Shown: positions 1 to 12,567, numbered from the whole stretch's first letter. The stretch is 63,785 bases of DNA, filler included, from Collodictyon triciliatum (GCA_043381765.1; 16 parts of 16 records of this genome joined end to end with filler, not necessarily neighbours in it), one strand, 5' to 3'. Program-made: numbers and translations. The notes: generated by a model not told the origin, from the sequence alone.

Positions 1-8
1 TTTTTTTT

Positions 9-58
<50 letters not shown>

Positions 59-123
59 GTTATCTGCCCGCATCCAAAAGAGCTTCACCCACCATTAATC
101 CCTCCAATCACGCCTTTCATCAG

Positions 124-629
124 AAGAGAAACTGCGGCGTTGTTGTGTGTGGTGATTTCAACTCCCTCCCTGACAGCATCGTCTACCACGACATGGTCAA
201 ATTCGGGCCGGAGGACGCTTTGCCTCTTACCAGCGCCTACTCCCAGTACCGCGCAGAGGGCGAGCCCGAGTTCACAAACTACAACGGTTCATCCATGTTT
301 ATGGGTATGCACCGCGCGCAATCTTTCACCCAACATCATCACAATTTGAAGACTTTTCTTATCCTGCTTGCATTTTGTTTTTCATTTCTCATCCTTCATA
401 TTTTATTTTACCGGTTCTTTATAAAGCCTCACCGAATCAACCAACACCAGGCACGCTGGACTACATATTCTTCAGCCAGGAGTTTGATTGCAGAAGCGTG
501 CTCACCCTCCCGAGCATAAGCGATGCCGAGCGCCTTGGCCCGATGCCGAACGACCTGCTGCCTTCCGACCACTCTCTCCTGCTTAGCGAGTTGCATCTGG
601 CTGCGTCTTCCGCCCTCGGGTCATCATAA
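124..629 (+). CDS. 3' part of a CCR4/nocturnin/angel-type EEP (exonuclease-endonuclease-phosphatase) protein, spliced, 5'-partial
   Basis: Motifs VVVCGDFNSLP, EPEFTNY, GTLDYIFF and PSDH are split across two frames by an intron at about 288-450. Stop at 627-629. Confidence 0.85.
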
Positions 630-1030
630 AATCCACATAAGGATATCCGTTGTCTGCCTCTGATCCTCGCCGCCTTCTGCGGCAAAACACATCTTCCTCA
701 CTGCCTGTTGGGCTCTATGAATCGCCATAAAGAAAGTCTGCATACTGAAAGGACAAAGCACTCAACCCACCTTGATGAACTGCTGTGCTGCGAATCTTGT
801 TTACTGTAGCTCACTTTTGTCGATTTTATTTTTTTTTAAGGCGACTTTCTTTTTTTTTTTCGGCTCCTCTTCTGTCTGCTGGCGACTGCCTTTCCCACGC
901 CTTTCAAAGGAGAGCGATTCACTCGAGGATTATCACTTGGCTGTATTGGGCGAAGAGAAGGTTTCCACGCTGCTGGGTTCGAAGGAAGAGAAGGACTCAA
1001 GAAGAAAAAGAAGAGGCCATAAGGACAGAT

Positions 1031-3720
1031 ATGAAAGCAGGCTTCTTGCATATCGTGGTTTTGCTTTGTGTTGCTGGGACAGCTCGTGCGGAGTATTTGA
1101 CTATGATGCCGCCTCCGTATGCAGCAGCAAACACGCTCCCACGAGTACCGCTATTGATCGATTCGCCATTATACTGGTTCTTTTCTTAATATCCTGTTAT
1201 ATTTCTTTATTTTTTTTTGTTTGTTTAATGTCGGACTCTCAATACTTCATTTTAGTGTGTTATTTTTATTTTTTTGGATTTTAATTGCGTTTTTTGTTTC
1301 TTTTTTTTTTTTGAGTTTTTACTGTTTAATCAATTTGTCCAAGCCCCTTGGCATCAAACTAACCAATTTTATATAATGTTTATTGTTATGATTGCTGTGA
1401 CAATTACTATCCTTTTCTGTTTCTTTACTTAAAGAACTCGGTATCTTTTCTTTTTAGGTTCGTTGAAGTACAGGATCAAAATAAAGTCCCGTTGGAATCA
1501 CTCATTTCCGATAGAGAGCAATATCTTGTCATTTCTGTTCATGATGATGTAAGTAACAGATTCAGGGAACCATTTTTATGATATCGCCCATGTGTTGTTT
1601 CATTAATTTATTATTTTACGTGCAGATAATTATTACTAGTCTGGAAGCACTAATTGACGATTTCTCATCATTTATTCGCATCAGAACGGATATCGAAAAG
1701 ATGTAACTTGGACAGCCCATCTTACTGGACAAACTCCCAATGTTTATCCGGTGTTTATAGATGCCCTGAAAGAATCGCCAGGACAAGTTACATGGGATAA
1801 AAGTAAGCTTACTGGAGTCTCTCTAATTATTTTTTTTATGTCTTATGAGGAGGTCTTTTACGAAACGTTATTCATGGCGTCACCACACTCATATATTAGA
1901 TGCGAACAAATGGAATTGCCGTATCATAACAAATAAGCGCTCTGCATGGGCGAGTTTCATCATCTCGGGAAATAATCCAAACCCTATGAATGAACTCTCT
2001 GTCGTCTACTCAATCAAATTCTTTATGGCTACAAATCTGCTCCGTTTCCAATATCGTTATCCTGAGGTTCTTTTATTTCATCTTTATTTATTTTTGGTAC
2101 GGGCTGAAATGATTTATCAAATAAAAATACCTGATGACATCGATGTTGGATGTGATTCACTATTGTCTTATTACCGATATACTCTTACTACTTTTAGTTC
2201 GTCATGCATCAAAATGAGTCATATATCGTGGACTCACCAGACATTTTTTTGACTGCATCGTTCGTATCTGGTGTAATAATTTATGTCATCGAATTCGATA
2301 TATGCTATGTTCTTTGATAATGTGTTTATGTTTGGTTGTGTTTATTGCCATTTGTTAATATTTCTTGCTATTTCTTTTTGAGAAAATTACCGGTCAGACA
2401 CTTTAAGAGACTCTGACAGGTTACCTCCTTACAGCTAACTTCGTCAGCCATCGTCATTCCCAAGTCCCCAACGGATGGATACATGATTTCATATGTAATC
2501 ATATATACATATACATGATCATTTCTATCAAGGTAACTGTATTTAATGTACCTGCATGAAAAATCGACTCGCAGAATCATTTCCAAACTACTCATTTCGT
2601 CAAATGGACTGGACAGCCTTTTGGTATGTGAAGAATACAAATAACTGTTCAAGCTTTTATCTACATTTACATGTATCACTTGAAATCTAATAAATTGAAT
2701 CGGGATGGAGATTAGAAAACGTGTCAGCTCCCTACATGGGTTCTTTGCTTGATATGGTTACCCTTCCAAGTCATATAGTGATGAGCACCACCGAAGGGGT
2801 TTACTATTATCTGATGGTACGTACCCAAACTGCTGTTAATGTTTCTTTTTTAAAAAAAATGACACATGAGTTCACCCATCTTGTTCGATTTCCTAAAGCC
2901 GATTTAAAATTGCATATTATCTAGTATGGCAATGCGGCTCAAAGTACCCTCAAAAAGCTAGAGAAAAGTGTGAGCGGAATAAGATATTCACAAACTTTGG
3001 TTCAATATGCAGAGCCTGACTGGAACAACGTAAGAAAATAGCATTTTGGTATCACAATGCGTTTCCGTGAGATGCCTGATGATGACTTAACCATATGAAA
3101 ACAGGCTCTATTTGCTTTTACGAGCAGCCCCCCATCAATCAAGGCTTCCTTCAGTTTTGACAGCGACTTCGTCGAACTTGCAGTTGTTAATAACACTATG
3201 TGTGTCATATCTTTTTCATGTGTTAAATACCTTGTAACATACTTCTCAGGATAAAGAGAAACGGACCATCAAGGATGTTATTACTATGTCAAATGAAATC
3301 ATCGATGTTGCGTATACTTCTTTCTCACCAGATCTTGTACTCATTTTATGTCAAAACACAATAACCAAAGGTATGTTTTTGCAAGTTTCATTTAAGACTA
3401 ACCACCGAAAAGAAAAATCCTTTTATTCGTAGCTCAATAATTCAAGTTAATTAGGGCATTAATAGTGCCAAATGTCGAAATATATTAGAAATGTTTTAAC
3501 ACTTTCATCATTCCGTTGGCAATTTTGTATTTTGCTGCTAGTTTACTACACTGTGCATTTCACTCTCGCGTCTGCAAAGATTCAGTCCAACAATTCATTT
3601 GTTGATGGAACATGGACATTACTCGGAGAACTTCCTCTGCGAATTCCAAAAGGTGAAAAAAAAATAGTCTCGACATTAACTTTCATATTTAATATGCAGT
3701 CGATATGTTTATAATGTAAA
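1031..3720 (+). CDS. Multi-exon secreted or membrane protein of unknown function, 3'-partial
   Basis: ATG at 1031 gives the signal-peptide-like MKAGFLHIVVLLCVAGTARA, then a GT donor. Several later open segments are bounded by AG/GT. Exon limits are approximate. Confidence 0.5.
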
Positions 3721-3896
3721 GAAAGATATATTCTTGCGTTATTATTTCTTCAATGTACTGAGTGTCTTCATATGATTCTTTGATAACCTCATAGTTTATT
3801 TGTATCTTATCTTTTCTTTTTTTTTCTTTTTTTTCTTTTTTTTCTTTTTTTTCTTTTTTTTCTTTTTTTTCTTTTTTTTCTTTTTTTTTCTTTTTT

Positions 3897-3996
3897 NNNN
3901 NNNNNNNNNNNNNNNNNNNNNNNNNNNNNNNNNNNNNNNNTTAATTAATTAANNNNNNNNNNNNNNNNNNNNNNNNNNNNNNNNNNNNNNNNNNNN
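3897..3996. other. Artificial contig linker N44-TTAATTAATTAA-N44. It recurs near 7891, 11886, 15879, 19925, 23917, 27908, 31898, 35887, 39875, 43863, 47849, 51834, 55818 and 59802.
   Basis: Identical 100-nt spacer with stop codons in all six frames, roughly every 3.99 kb. Confidence 0.98.
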
Positions 3997-4198
3997 GTTT
4001 TTGTTTTTGTTTTTGTTTTTGTTTTTGTTTTTGTTTTTGTTTTTGTTTTTGTTTTTGTTTTTGTTTTTGTTTTTGTTTTTGTTTTTGTTTTTGTTTTTGT
4101 CTTTTGTTTTTGTTTTTGTCTTTTGTTTTTGTGATTTATTTTCCATCGAAGAATGCGGGTTGCTGTGCAAAATGACTTACCATCTCTGTGTGTTGTAG

Positions 4199-4548
4199 AC
4201 TTCTATGAGAACACCGGCATTCGCAAGGCGATTCTTTTGGGTAATTCCTTCGTGAGATGAAATGATGACCTAAATTTTACTTGTTTCCTTTCACCCCATA
4301 TAGCATGGCCTAATTGATTTACGGTTTATACATAAGAAAAGCATCACATGATTAAGCACCCGACATTCTAATCACAATACATGAATAGCTAGACCTTTTG
4401 TCTGCTTATATATAGATTTTGACTTAGTGCTCCTGCTTTATTGAACGCATTCTATTATCGAATTTAGTCCGCTATGTCGACATGTTGAAGCATTGGTTGA
4501 CGTCTGAACGCCTTTCCCAGCCTGCATCAAAGCCGACCATCCCAAGTA

Positions 4549-4605
<57 letters not shown>

Positions 4606-4967
4606 GTCCCTTTGCACACGAACAGACACGCACCAGTATGAGTATCACCCGACTCTTTCTTTCGCTCTGACTCCGACTCTGACCCTTTCTTCGACTCTTT
4701 CTCCGACCCGCCGCAGTCTCATACCTCAAGTTCGACCGCGTGATCTGCCCCACAACCGGAATCCCGCCCTTCATCGTGTCCGAAGGCGTCGGCAAGTGGG
4801 AGCGGACGAGCGTGAAGCTCTGCATCGGCCCGCAGACGGCGCAGCTGTGGGAGACGCTGAGGACCGAGTACTTTGGGCCCGAAAAGGCTGCTCTGCAGGA
4901 CGAGACCCTCGACCAGGAGGCCCACATCCTCAAAGCCATCGCCGCGTCTCGTGCCGACAAGTGCTGA
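4199..4967 (+). CDS. 3' exons of a hypothetical protein
   Basis: GC3-rich terminal exon 4717-4967 (SYLKFDRVICPTTGIPPFIVSEGVGKWERTSVKLCIGPQ...ADKC*) follows a pyrimidine tract and CAG. Probable small upstream exons lie near 4199 and 4607. Confidence 0.6.
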
Positions 4968-5383
4968 GCCCGCAGACACCGAACGAACCATTAAAAATAA
5001 TAATCATAATAATAATGATAATAATAACTATATTAGATATTACTCACAGAGACAGTGACAATCAAAGTCTCAATGACAGATGAATTATTTATTTATTTAT
5101 TTACCTATTTGGAAACTGCAAATATATTTACTAATATGCCTGTTGGGCAATAAGAGCAAAACAAAAAAAAAAAATAATGGAAAGAAAACAAATCAACCAA
5201 GTAAATTCAACGAAAACAGCAACGGGAAACGAGAGGGACTTTGGTTGATTGGGAAAAGAAAGAGATAACCCGGCCCGACGAATACGCGAAGCAGATCAAA
5301 TCAAACCAGGACAATCAAATAGGAAAAAAAAAAAAAAGAAAAAAGGAGAAAGGAGAAAGAAAAGACAACAGCAGATACCAAGA

Positions 5384-7610
5384 ATGGACGGATTGCTGGG
5401 CGAGAAGGACGCCGCTGCTTTGCGTCGAAGCGAACTGCATCTGCTTCTCGTGCGGATCGAAAACATTGTAAGCTCTGCGCGCGAGAGAAGCAGCTCCGAT
5501 CGCGAGACAGCCTTCTCCAAAGGGCCCGAAACAATCATGGAGCAGCTTCTCAGACAGTGGCCTACACAAACACCACACGCGGCAACAGTGGCTTCTTCGA
5601 AGCCCGCACATGTTTTGGAGCTCGCTTTGCTGCTTTGGCTCTTGGCTGAATTCGACCGGCCCAGGCTTCTAACCAGTTTACGCAAACGACTCGAGCCCCT
5701 CCCAAACACGCTCGACTTTGCTGTCTCCAGAATGAGGAGCTCGCCGATTCACCGTGCATTGGAGGTCCAGGCGAAGGTCTATCGTCTATCGTCCATCGTC
5801 AATTGCTCATTGCTCATCGTTCATTATTGATGTTTGATTATTCGTTATTTATTCATTTTTGATTTTTCACTTTTCACTTTTTCACTTTTCACTTTTTCAC
5901 TTTTTCACTTTTTCACTTTTTCACTTTTTCACTTTTTCACTTTTTCACTTTCCACTTTCCACTTTCCACTTTTCGTTATTCATTATTCATCAAGTTTAAT
6001 TAGCTATTCACAATCATTTGACCTTGACGTGTTACCGAAATATTTATCATCTTTCAATCGGCTTATTTGATTCATAGAGAGAAACTATTCAAGAGCTCTT
6101 AAAATGGGGATTTTCGGTGGACTGTGTCGGTATTTCTCAAGACAAGCAAACACCTTTGCATGTTGCAGTTTTCATGAATCGCTGTGAAATAGTGCAAGAC
6201 TTGGTGAAAGCAGGCGCATCACTAACAAAAGTAACGTACCATTAAGATTGATTTTATTTGCCTCTTCATCTGCTAGCAGTAAATCATTTTCATTTGAAGA
6301 CTTGTGGCAATAGACATAATTTTTACTATTCTTCCTTTCAATTTGTGCATGATGGTTTTGTACACATAAAATTCTTAATATGACATGTCTATTCCAGGCT
6401 GATTTTCAAGTATCGACTCCTCTCCATATAGCAGCTGGAAATAACAGAGTTGGAATAGATATCATGCAAATTTTACTGGATACTATATCTCGCAGAGTGG
6501 TGAATTACACTACATTTAACCAGAAGATTAATACAGGATAATATGAAAGAAGCGCATGATCATACCTTTGAACATACAATACTTGGCATTTTTCCATATT
6601 GCTCTATACTGCGATATTTGAAGTAACATCATATCTAATTTATATATGACTTCATCACACAGGATAAAAATGAACTTTTAAATGCTAGAGACAAGGACGG
6701 AGATACCCCTCTTCATCTTTCAACAATAAGAGGTGGCTCCAATCCTCACGAAGTAAGTTTCCCAGCAAATATTCAACTTCTGACTGTCCTTTTTTTTATC
6801 TCTCTTTTTTACTTCACTATATCAAATGATTTTTTTCATCTTTTTTTTTTTCACCAGATACATATACATTTAAAATTGTCAAGACTGTATCAAATCATCA
6901 TAGTTTATGAAATTGTTATTGTCCCATGGTGCAAGTCCAAATATCCAGAACAAAAAATCGGAGACTCCGCTTCATATGGGTATTCGGCATGAGGATTTAG
7001 TAAACATTAGTTGATTTATAGAAAAATGGAAAGATAATTCCGAATTCTTAATTTTTATTTGTTTCTGCTCACATAATTTTTTTTTATTTCGTGATTATCT
7101 TGTCAAAAGTCACAATGGGTTAGGGCGTAATTAAAAAAATTTACAGGTAATTTTATTACTGGACTACGGTGCTGACCCCAATATTCAAGACGCACGTGGC
7201 TGCACACCGCTTCATGAATGTGTTCATGGAATTCATGCTAGTTCCATTCTGTCATCAAAGTTGGTGGCTAAAGGTGCAAATCCTTACATACAAGATGAAA
7301 AGGGAAATACCCCAATAGATTTAGCGCAGGTTTTTTTCCCCGCTAACATTCACCTTCGATCTCTATGATAAGCAAATGCATTGTCCCCTTAATATTTCTA
7401 ACACTCATATCTCATGCCATCGGATTGGTTATTGTGCTTGATTATTATCACAAATTCTTAACTCTTTGGTCGCCTCACCGATTACTAATTCAGTTTACCC
7501 GGCAAAACCACATCGCATGAATTAAATAGGGCTCTAGAATCGGAAGAACATTATTAGTTGATGAAGAAGCGATGAAAAAATTCCAAGAAAAAGCGAGGGC
7601 TTTGAGAAAA
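5384..7610 (+). CDS. Ankyrin-repeat protein, multi-exon, 3'-partial
   Basis: Spliced exons give TPLHVAV, STPLHIAA, DKDGDTPLH, LLLSHGASPNIQN, ETPLH, LLDYGADPNIQDARGCTPLH and GNTPIDLA. Confidence 0.9.
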
Positions 7611-8030
7611 GTAAATACTTTGTTATTTCTATGTTCTTATTTACATTAGTTTTTTATATGGACTGAAAAAGATAAAGACCATCTTAATGTTACTTTTACA
7701 TAATTTTCCATTATCCATTTGTTTGAATCATGTTTACACTTCAAGCTTGTAACAAAATATAGGGCAACACTCTACTCAAAAACTTTAATCTTCTTCTTCT
7801 TCTTCTTCTTCTTCTTCTTCTTCTTCTTCTTCTTCTTCTTCTTCTTCTTCTTCTTCTTCTTCTTCTTCTTCTTCTTCTTCTTCTTCTTCTNNNNNNNNNN
7901 NNNNNNNNNNNNNNNNNNNNNNNNNNNNNNNNNNTTAATTAATTAANNNNNNNNNNNNNNNNNNNNNNNNNNNNNNNNNNNNNNNNNNNNTCCTGTGCGT
8001 TCAAAGTCTTTTTTTTTTTCTTTCTATAAC

Positions 8031-8096
8031 AACAATAAACTCATTTTCTTTGAATCGAATAAAGGAAGAAAAAAAAAAACAATAAACTCATTTTCT
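8031..8096 (+). mobile_element. Ultra-short retroposed insert (8050-8077) flanked by a 19-bp target-site duplication
   Basis: aacaataaactcattttct [ttgaatcgaataaaggaagaaaaaaaaa] aacaataaactcattttct. Confidence 0.8.
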
Positions 8097-9159
8097 GTCG
8101 CGCTAAGTAAAATTGTATAATTCATACATCAATTTACAATTTAGAAGAAAATATATCTCGCTTCATGCCAAGGTTCTGTGCGATTAACATTTTGGGCTTC
8201 GTTTATCGGTTCATTTGTCATATCTAATATGTCATGTGAATATATATGTGCTTGTGATACAGGGTTATTCTAAGATATTGTGTCGAAAGCCCCACAAGTA
8301 GTGTCTATGTGCACAATGGCTGGAGAACCCAGTTCAAAATCTCCCCTCCCGCACGAATTAAAAGGGAAAATTAAAAAAAGAAAAGAAAAGCTCTAGATAG
8401 TCATTTGAAACAAGCAGACTGGTCCAGATTGCCCTTCAAATCTTATTTTATGTGCTGAGATACTGAGTCATACACACGCATTATTCGAAAGACTGAATTT
8501 TTAACATGATTTATCATTCAAGATTTTGCCTACTACACCAATTTTTAGTTATTCTTCCTTTCCATTTGCGCAGGGTAGTAGGTTTTAGCTTTGAAGACAA
8601 AATTTGATATTTGAATATCTCGAAGGCAAGCGATGAAAGGTGCAAATGTCGAATATGATTATTTCTAATTTATATAACCCAGAGAAACAGGAGGGTCCTA
8701 AGGCAATCCAAAGGCATTCATAAAACGCTATGGTGGGCGTCTGAAAAAGATTTTTGGGCCTCCGTTCCGTTCACTGGCGGCATCTTGAAGGAAAAGGAGG
8801 GTTCACTCGCCTGCTTGATATACAGTTCTATATTTTCAAGTATCATGTCGCCACGCTCGGTGCTTATTTGTGCGAGGGTGGTTTACGTTGTTGATGTTTA
8901 AAGGAGACGGAGAATACTGTGCAAGAGTTGCTAGATGCGTTGAATGATTCTGGTTGATTCGATTCAAAGTATGAATCCCATGGAATTTTGGCCAATTGCT
9001 TTTCTGCAGCCGACAAGTGTTCATTTTGAGGGGAAATGGTTGGTGTGAGTGTTGCTTGGTTGCGTTATAATGGAGCAAACACAAAAACAAAATCATTGAG
9101 GCTGGGTGGTGAAAGACTAATGGGGAGCCAAAAGGGAGGGGTTAGAAAGAACAAAAATA

Positions 9160-9233
9160 TGGTTTTGCCCAGGATCGAACTGAGGACCTCCCGCATGTCA
9201 AGCGGATGTGATAGCCAACTACACCACAAAACC
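9160..9233 (-). tRNA. tRNA-Val, anticodon GAC
   Basis: Reverse complement GGTTTTG TG GTGTAGTTGGCTATCAC A TCCGC TTGACAT GCGGG AGGTC CTCAG TTCGATC CTGGG CAAAACC A folds as a full cloverleaf with A and B boxes. A short T run follows. Confidence 0.92.
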
Positions 9234-10974
9234 TTCCTTGTAAAATTGTGTAAGGTAAGCTATTATCATACTCTTATTATAGTATATTTTGATATTTCTT
9301 TTTTATTTCCTTTTCGTTGTTGGAGATAAGGAACACAACATGATAAAAGTTTGCAATAACCCATCACTTTCTCTTAGTTGTACCCTAATTAGTGCACACT
9401 TTTGACACAACTAATCAGAGAATTGCGTTCATGTCGATTTCCTTTATTTAAAAGACCGGCGTGTTTTTTTTCCTGTCGCCTTTACCTTATGGCCGTTGAG
9501 AATATTGAACAAAAGAACCCAAAGAACCTAGTTGATAAGTATTCTAATTGCATCTGGTTTGAATAAGAAAAGAACTATGTTTTTATTTCATAGCTGCATG
9601 AAGAAAATATCTCCACTTTTGTTACACTGTGAAACTATTACGCCTGACTTTCTCAAGCATTTCATTTATCTCATCGTTTCGTATCTGTAAAGCGCTTTGG
9701 TCAGTTCATCTTGGAACTAACAATAAAAAAAAAAAAAATCCCTTCTAGATAATTTTTTTATTATGTCAATGAGAATATCATGGCCGCAAGTGATTTGCCC
9801 TATGACCAGGTAAAGTCCTTGTTGAGCCCAGCACACAACAATCGGAATGTCCAGCACAAACAACTTTGCAAACACACTGAGGATTATATGCACAATAATT
9901 ATGTGAATTATGTGCTTATTTGAACTTCGCTGCTTATCCTAATTAATGAAATCTACAACAGCATAATAAAATTATCGGCGACAGAAATTAGTCAAAATAT
10001 GCATTTGAAGGGTTCACTGAAGATATAAAATTATGGGCTTAAGACTCCATTATCTTTGTGAGTGTCTATATCATTCTTTTCTTTTTCTTTACTAAAAGTA
10101 GCAAATGTTCCTTTTATGAATATTCATATATTTAAGAACAATTCATATTGCTATGAAATAACGAAAACCGGTGGAGACATTTGTTTTTTTTTCCGACTTG
10201 ACTCGAGTCCGATATGCTAGGTTTACTTAAGCTCTTTCATTGATTCTAAATGAGGGGAAATATATTGGGTTAAATTTTGCATAGCGAGAAGTCTGTAAAA
10301 AATCAAGTATCAGATGCGACCAAAGTAATATGTATGAATTATTCGAGTGAATCGTATGATATTTTTTCAAGCCATATTTATATCTCCGTATTTGTGAATT
10401 TTTTTTCATTCGAATAATTTTTTGTCTATGCATTTATTAAATCTAACGGAACGAACACATCAAAAAATTGTTTATTTATTCATACAGGAGAATAAGTGAT
10501 GTAGCTCTTAACAAATACTGAGACCACATGCCGATGTGCTGATTACAAATTAGTCTTATTGATAAGAATCAGCATGCGTACTCACTAGCTTCTATATTTT
10601 AGTCTCATGTGTGTCTTTTTGTTATTGGAGCATTCTATTTTTTCAGTTTGAATCTCAGAACTATATGTAATTCAAGAAAAAAAAACTATAAATCATATTT
10701 TTGCCTGGTAACTACAAGAGTTTATGTTTGCTCAACTTGAACTATACTTTAATAAAGCTAAAAAATTTTATGCCCTTGGGGCCGTTGACATAGGCTCTTT
10801 TTTATCATTCCATTTATATTTCTGCATACATTTATATCGAGGTATTTCCTGTAATATAACAAGAGTGTCCTGTGTTGAATTATCCTTTTAATGTTCAATA
10901 TGGGTCGTCAAATGTTTTCAAGTGCGTTTTTTCACTACTTTACAATGAATGCATTACTCTCATGCATCACTAAA

Positions 10975-11170
10975 TTTTTTTTCCTTTATTCGATTCAAAG
11001 TGTAGCGAGGTTATGCCATACAAAAGGGCGGGATGGGAGCGCATGGGAGAGAGCAAACGCGAGTAGGGGAAGACCCTACCGTGGAGAGGGTAGCACTGGA
11101 AAGAAGTCAGTGATAGCGACTTGGTCAGGTGGGCGTCCCAACTGGTTGATTGGTTGCGTGGGCAGCAGGG
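10975..11170 (-). mobile_element. 5'-truncated 3' end of a LINE-like element, copy 1
   Basis: Clearly alignable with 15541-15729. On the minus strand it ends in CTTTGAATCGAATAAAGG followed by an A tail. Confidence 0.8.
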
Positions 11171-11505
11171 AACAACAACAGAGAAATAGCAAATATATAT
11201 ATATAAAGGAAAGGTTTTCGATTCTCTATTTTCAGAAAGTTGCAAGTTCTATCCACACAACTGGTTATTTGCTTATTCCCTATTTACTTGCAATATATAG
11301 GTGATACATATTATTAATAATTTTGGTTTATACTATTTTCATCGATTTACAACCAATATTTCGTCTTTAGCTCTATTTGTTATCTAAAGCAAGATATTGA
11401 TTAAATTCCACATGACTAAATAAATGTATATTTTGAACCCATTTGAATAAATACTGAAGATAATTATTTCAATCTTTCTCGGTCGATTAAAAATAAGGGG
11501 AAGAT

Positions 11506-11565
11506 TACAAATAAAACGAGAATTTTTTCCCTTTATTCGATTCGAGGTACAAATAAAACGAGAAT
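11506..11565 (-). mobile_element. Ultra-short retroposed insert (11524-11547) flanked by an 18-bp target-site duplication
   Basis: tacaaataaaacgagaat [tttttccctttattcgattcgagg] tacaaataaaacgagaat. The insert reverse complement is CCTCGAATCGAATAAAGGGAAAAA. Confidence 0.8.
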
Positions 11566-11985
11566 AAATAGGGAAACCTTCTCCTTTTTTTCATATAATC
11601 TTGCCGTTTTCATTCATGTCGCGCATGATTTATGTTACCTCATTATATAATTCATTCGTTAATTAGTTACAAAATTATATCCTCCGTTGCTAAGCTCTTC
11701 ATAAAATTTAAGTTTATTTTTTACAACAAATCATTAAATATAAAAATATAATGTCCAATGGCATTCCACACATTATATTTTTGCTCCAATTTGTGCGAGA
11801 TGGTGACATTTGAGTTTGGTTCGCTGGCCTTCATTCAAACAAGTAATCCTTGAAGGCCGTGTGGCGGAGAAGTGGGCAGTTATCANNNNNNNNNNNNNNN
11901 NNNNNNNNNNNNNNNNNNNNNNNNNNNNNTTAATTAATTAANNNNNNNNNNNNNNNNNNNNNNNNNNNNNNNNNNNNNNNNNNNN

Positions 11986-12567
11986 TCGCCTTCGCTTGGG
12001 TGGCGACGGGCTTTGTTTGTGTCCGCTGTGGGGCGGCGTTGGGTGCGGCTTTGCCTGTGAGCGTGCCTGCCGAGTTGGAGGGCGCGTTTGGGTCTTTGTC
12101 CGCAGCGGAAGGGGAGCCTCTTGTGGAGTCTTTGGAGTTGGCGGGGGTTTTGCCGGGGTTGGTGTGTGCGCTGACTCTGGGATCGGCACGAGCTGTGGTG
12201 TGGCTTCGCCTTTGTTGTGGCGCAGCGTCCAAATTTTTATGCGTGGGTACGCAAGGCCCAGGCCGCTCGACCGGTCGGATGCCAGCAGCACAACGCCCTC
12301 CGTGGCGCACTCGCGGGTGCGGTGGACTTCGCACAGCTGCTCCAGCAGACGCAGGCGTGTGGCGCGCGTCAGTGTCTCAGTGTACTCGCCCACAAGGCGC
12401 ACCACGCAGCCAGCCGGGTAGAGTCCCTTCTCCTGCAGCCCCGCTGCTCGCTCCACCGGTCACGTCCAGTAATGCTTGTAGACTACATTCTCGTGTTGAA
12501 GTTAAGGTTCCTATCTCATGTGCGTTTTGCTTGCGCTCACCGCACCTGAGCTCGGCTCGGTTGCCAT
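11986..12567 (-). CDS. Hypothetical protein, 5' part with a Pro/Thr-rich region, 3'-partial
   Basis: MATEPSSGA|gtgagc...cag|EKGLYPAGCVVRLVGEY... splices in frame. The segment is GC-rich and stays open to the contig end. Confidence 0.55.

Noticed and set aside
3941-3952. Regularly spaced TTAATTAATTAA palindrome as a biological repeat or CRISPR-like array
   Set aside because: Always embedded in N runs; it is an assembly linker.
8957-8971. ATTCGATTCAAAGT match to the micro-insert core
   Set aside because: No A tail and no flanking duplication; may be chance or a decayed copy.
9890-9915. Imperfect palindrome GCACAATAATT...AATTATGTGC
   Set aside because: Short and AT-rich with no supporting context.
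11826-11858. GGCCTTCA...TGAAGGCC stem with TTCAAA, considered as tRNA-Sec
   Set aside because: No acceptor, D or T arms can be built.
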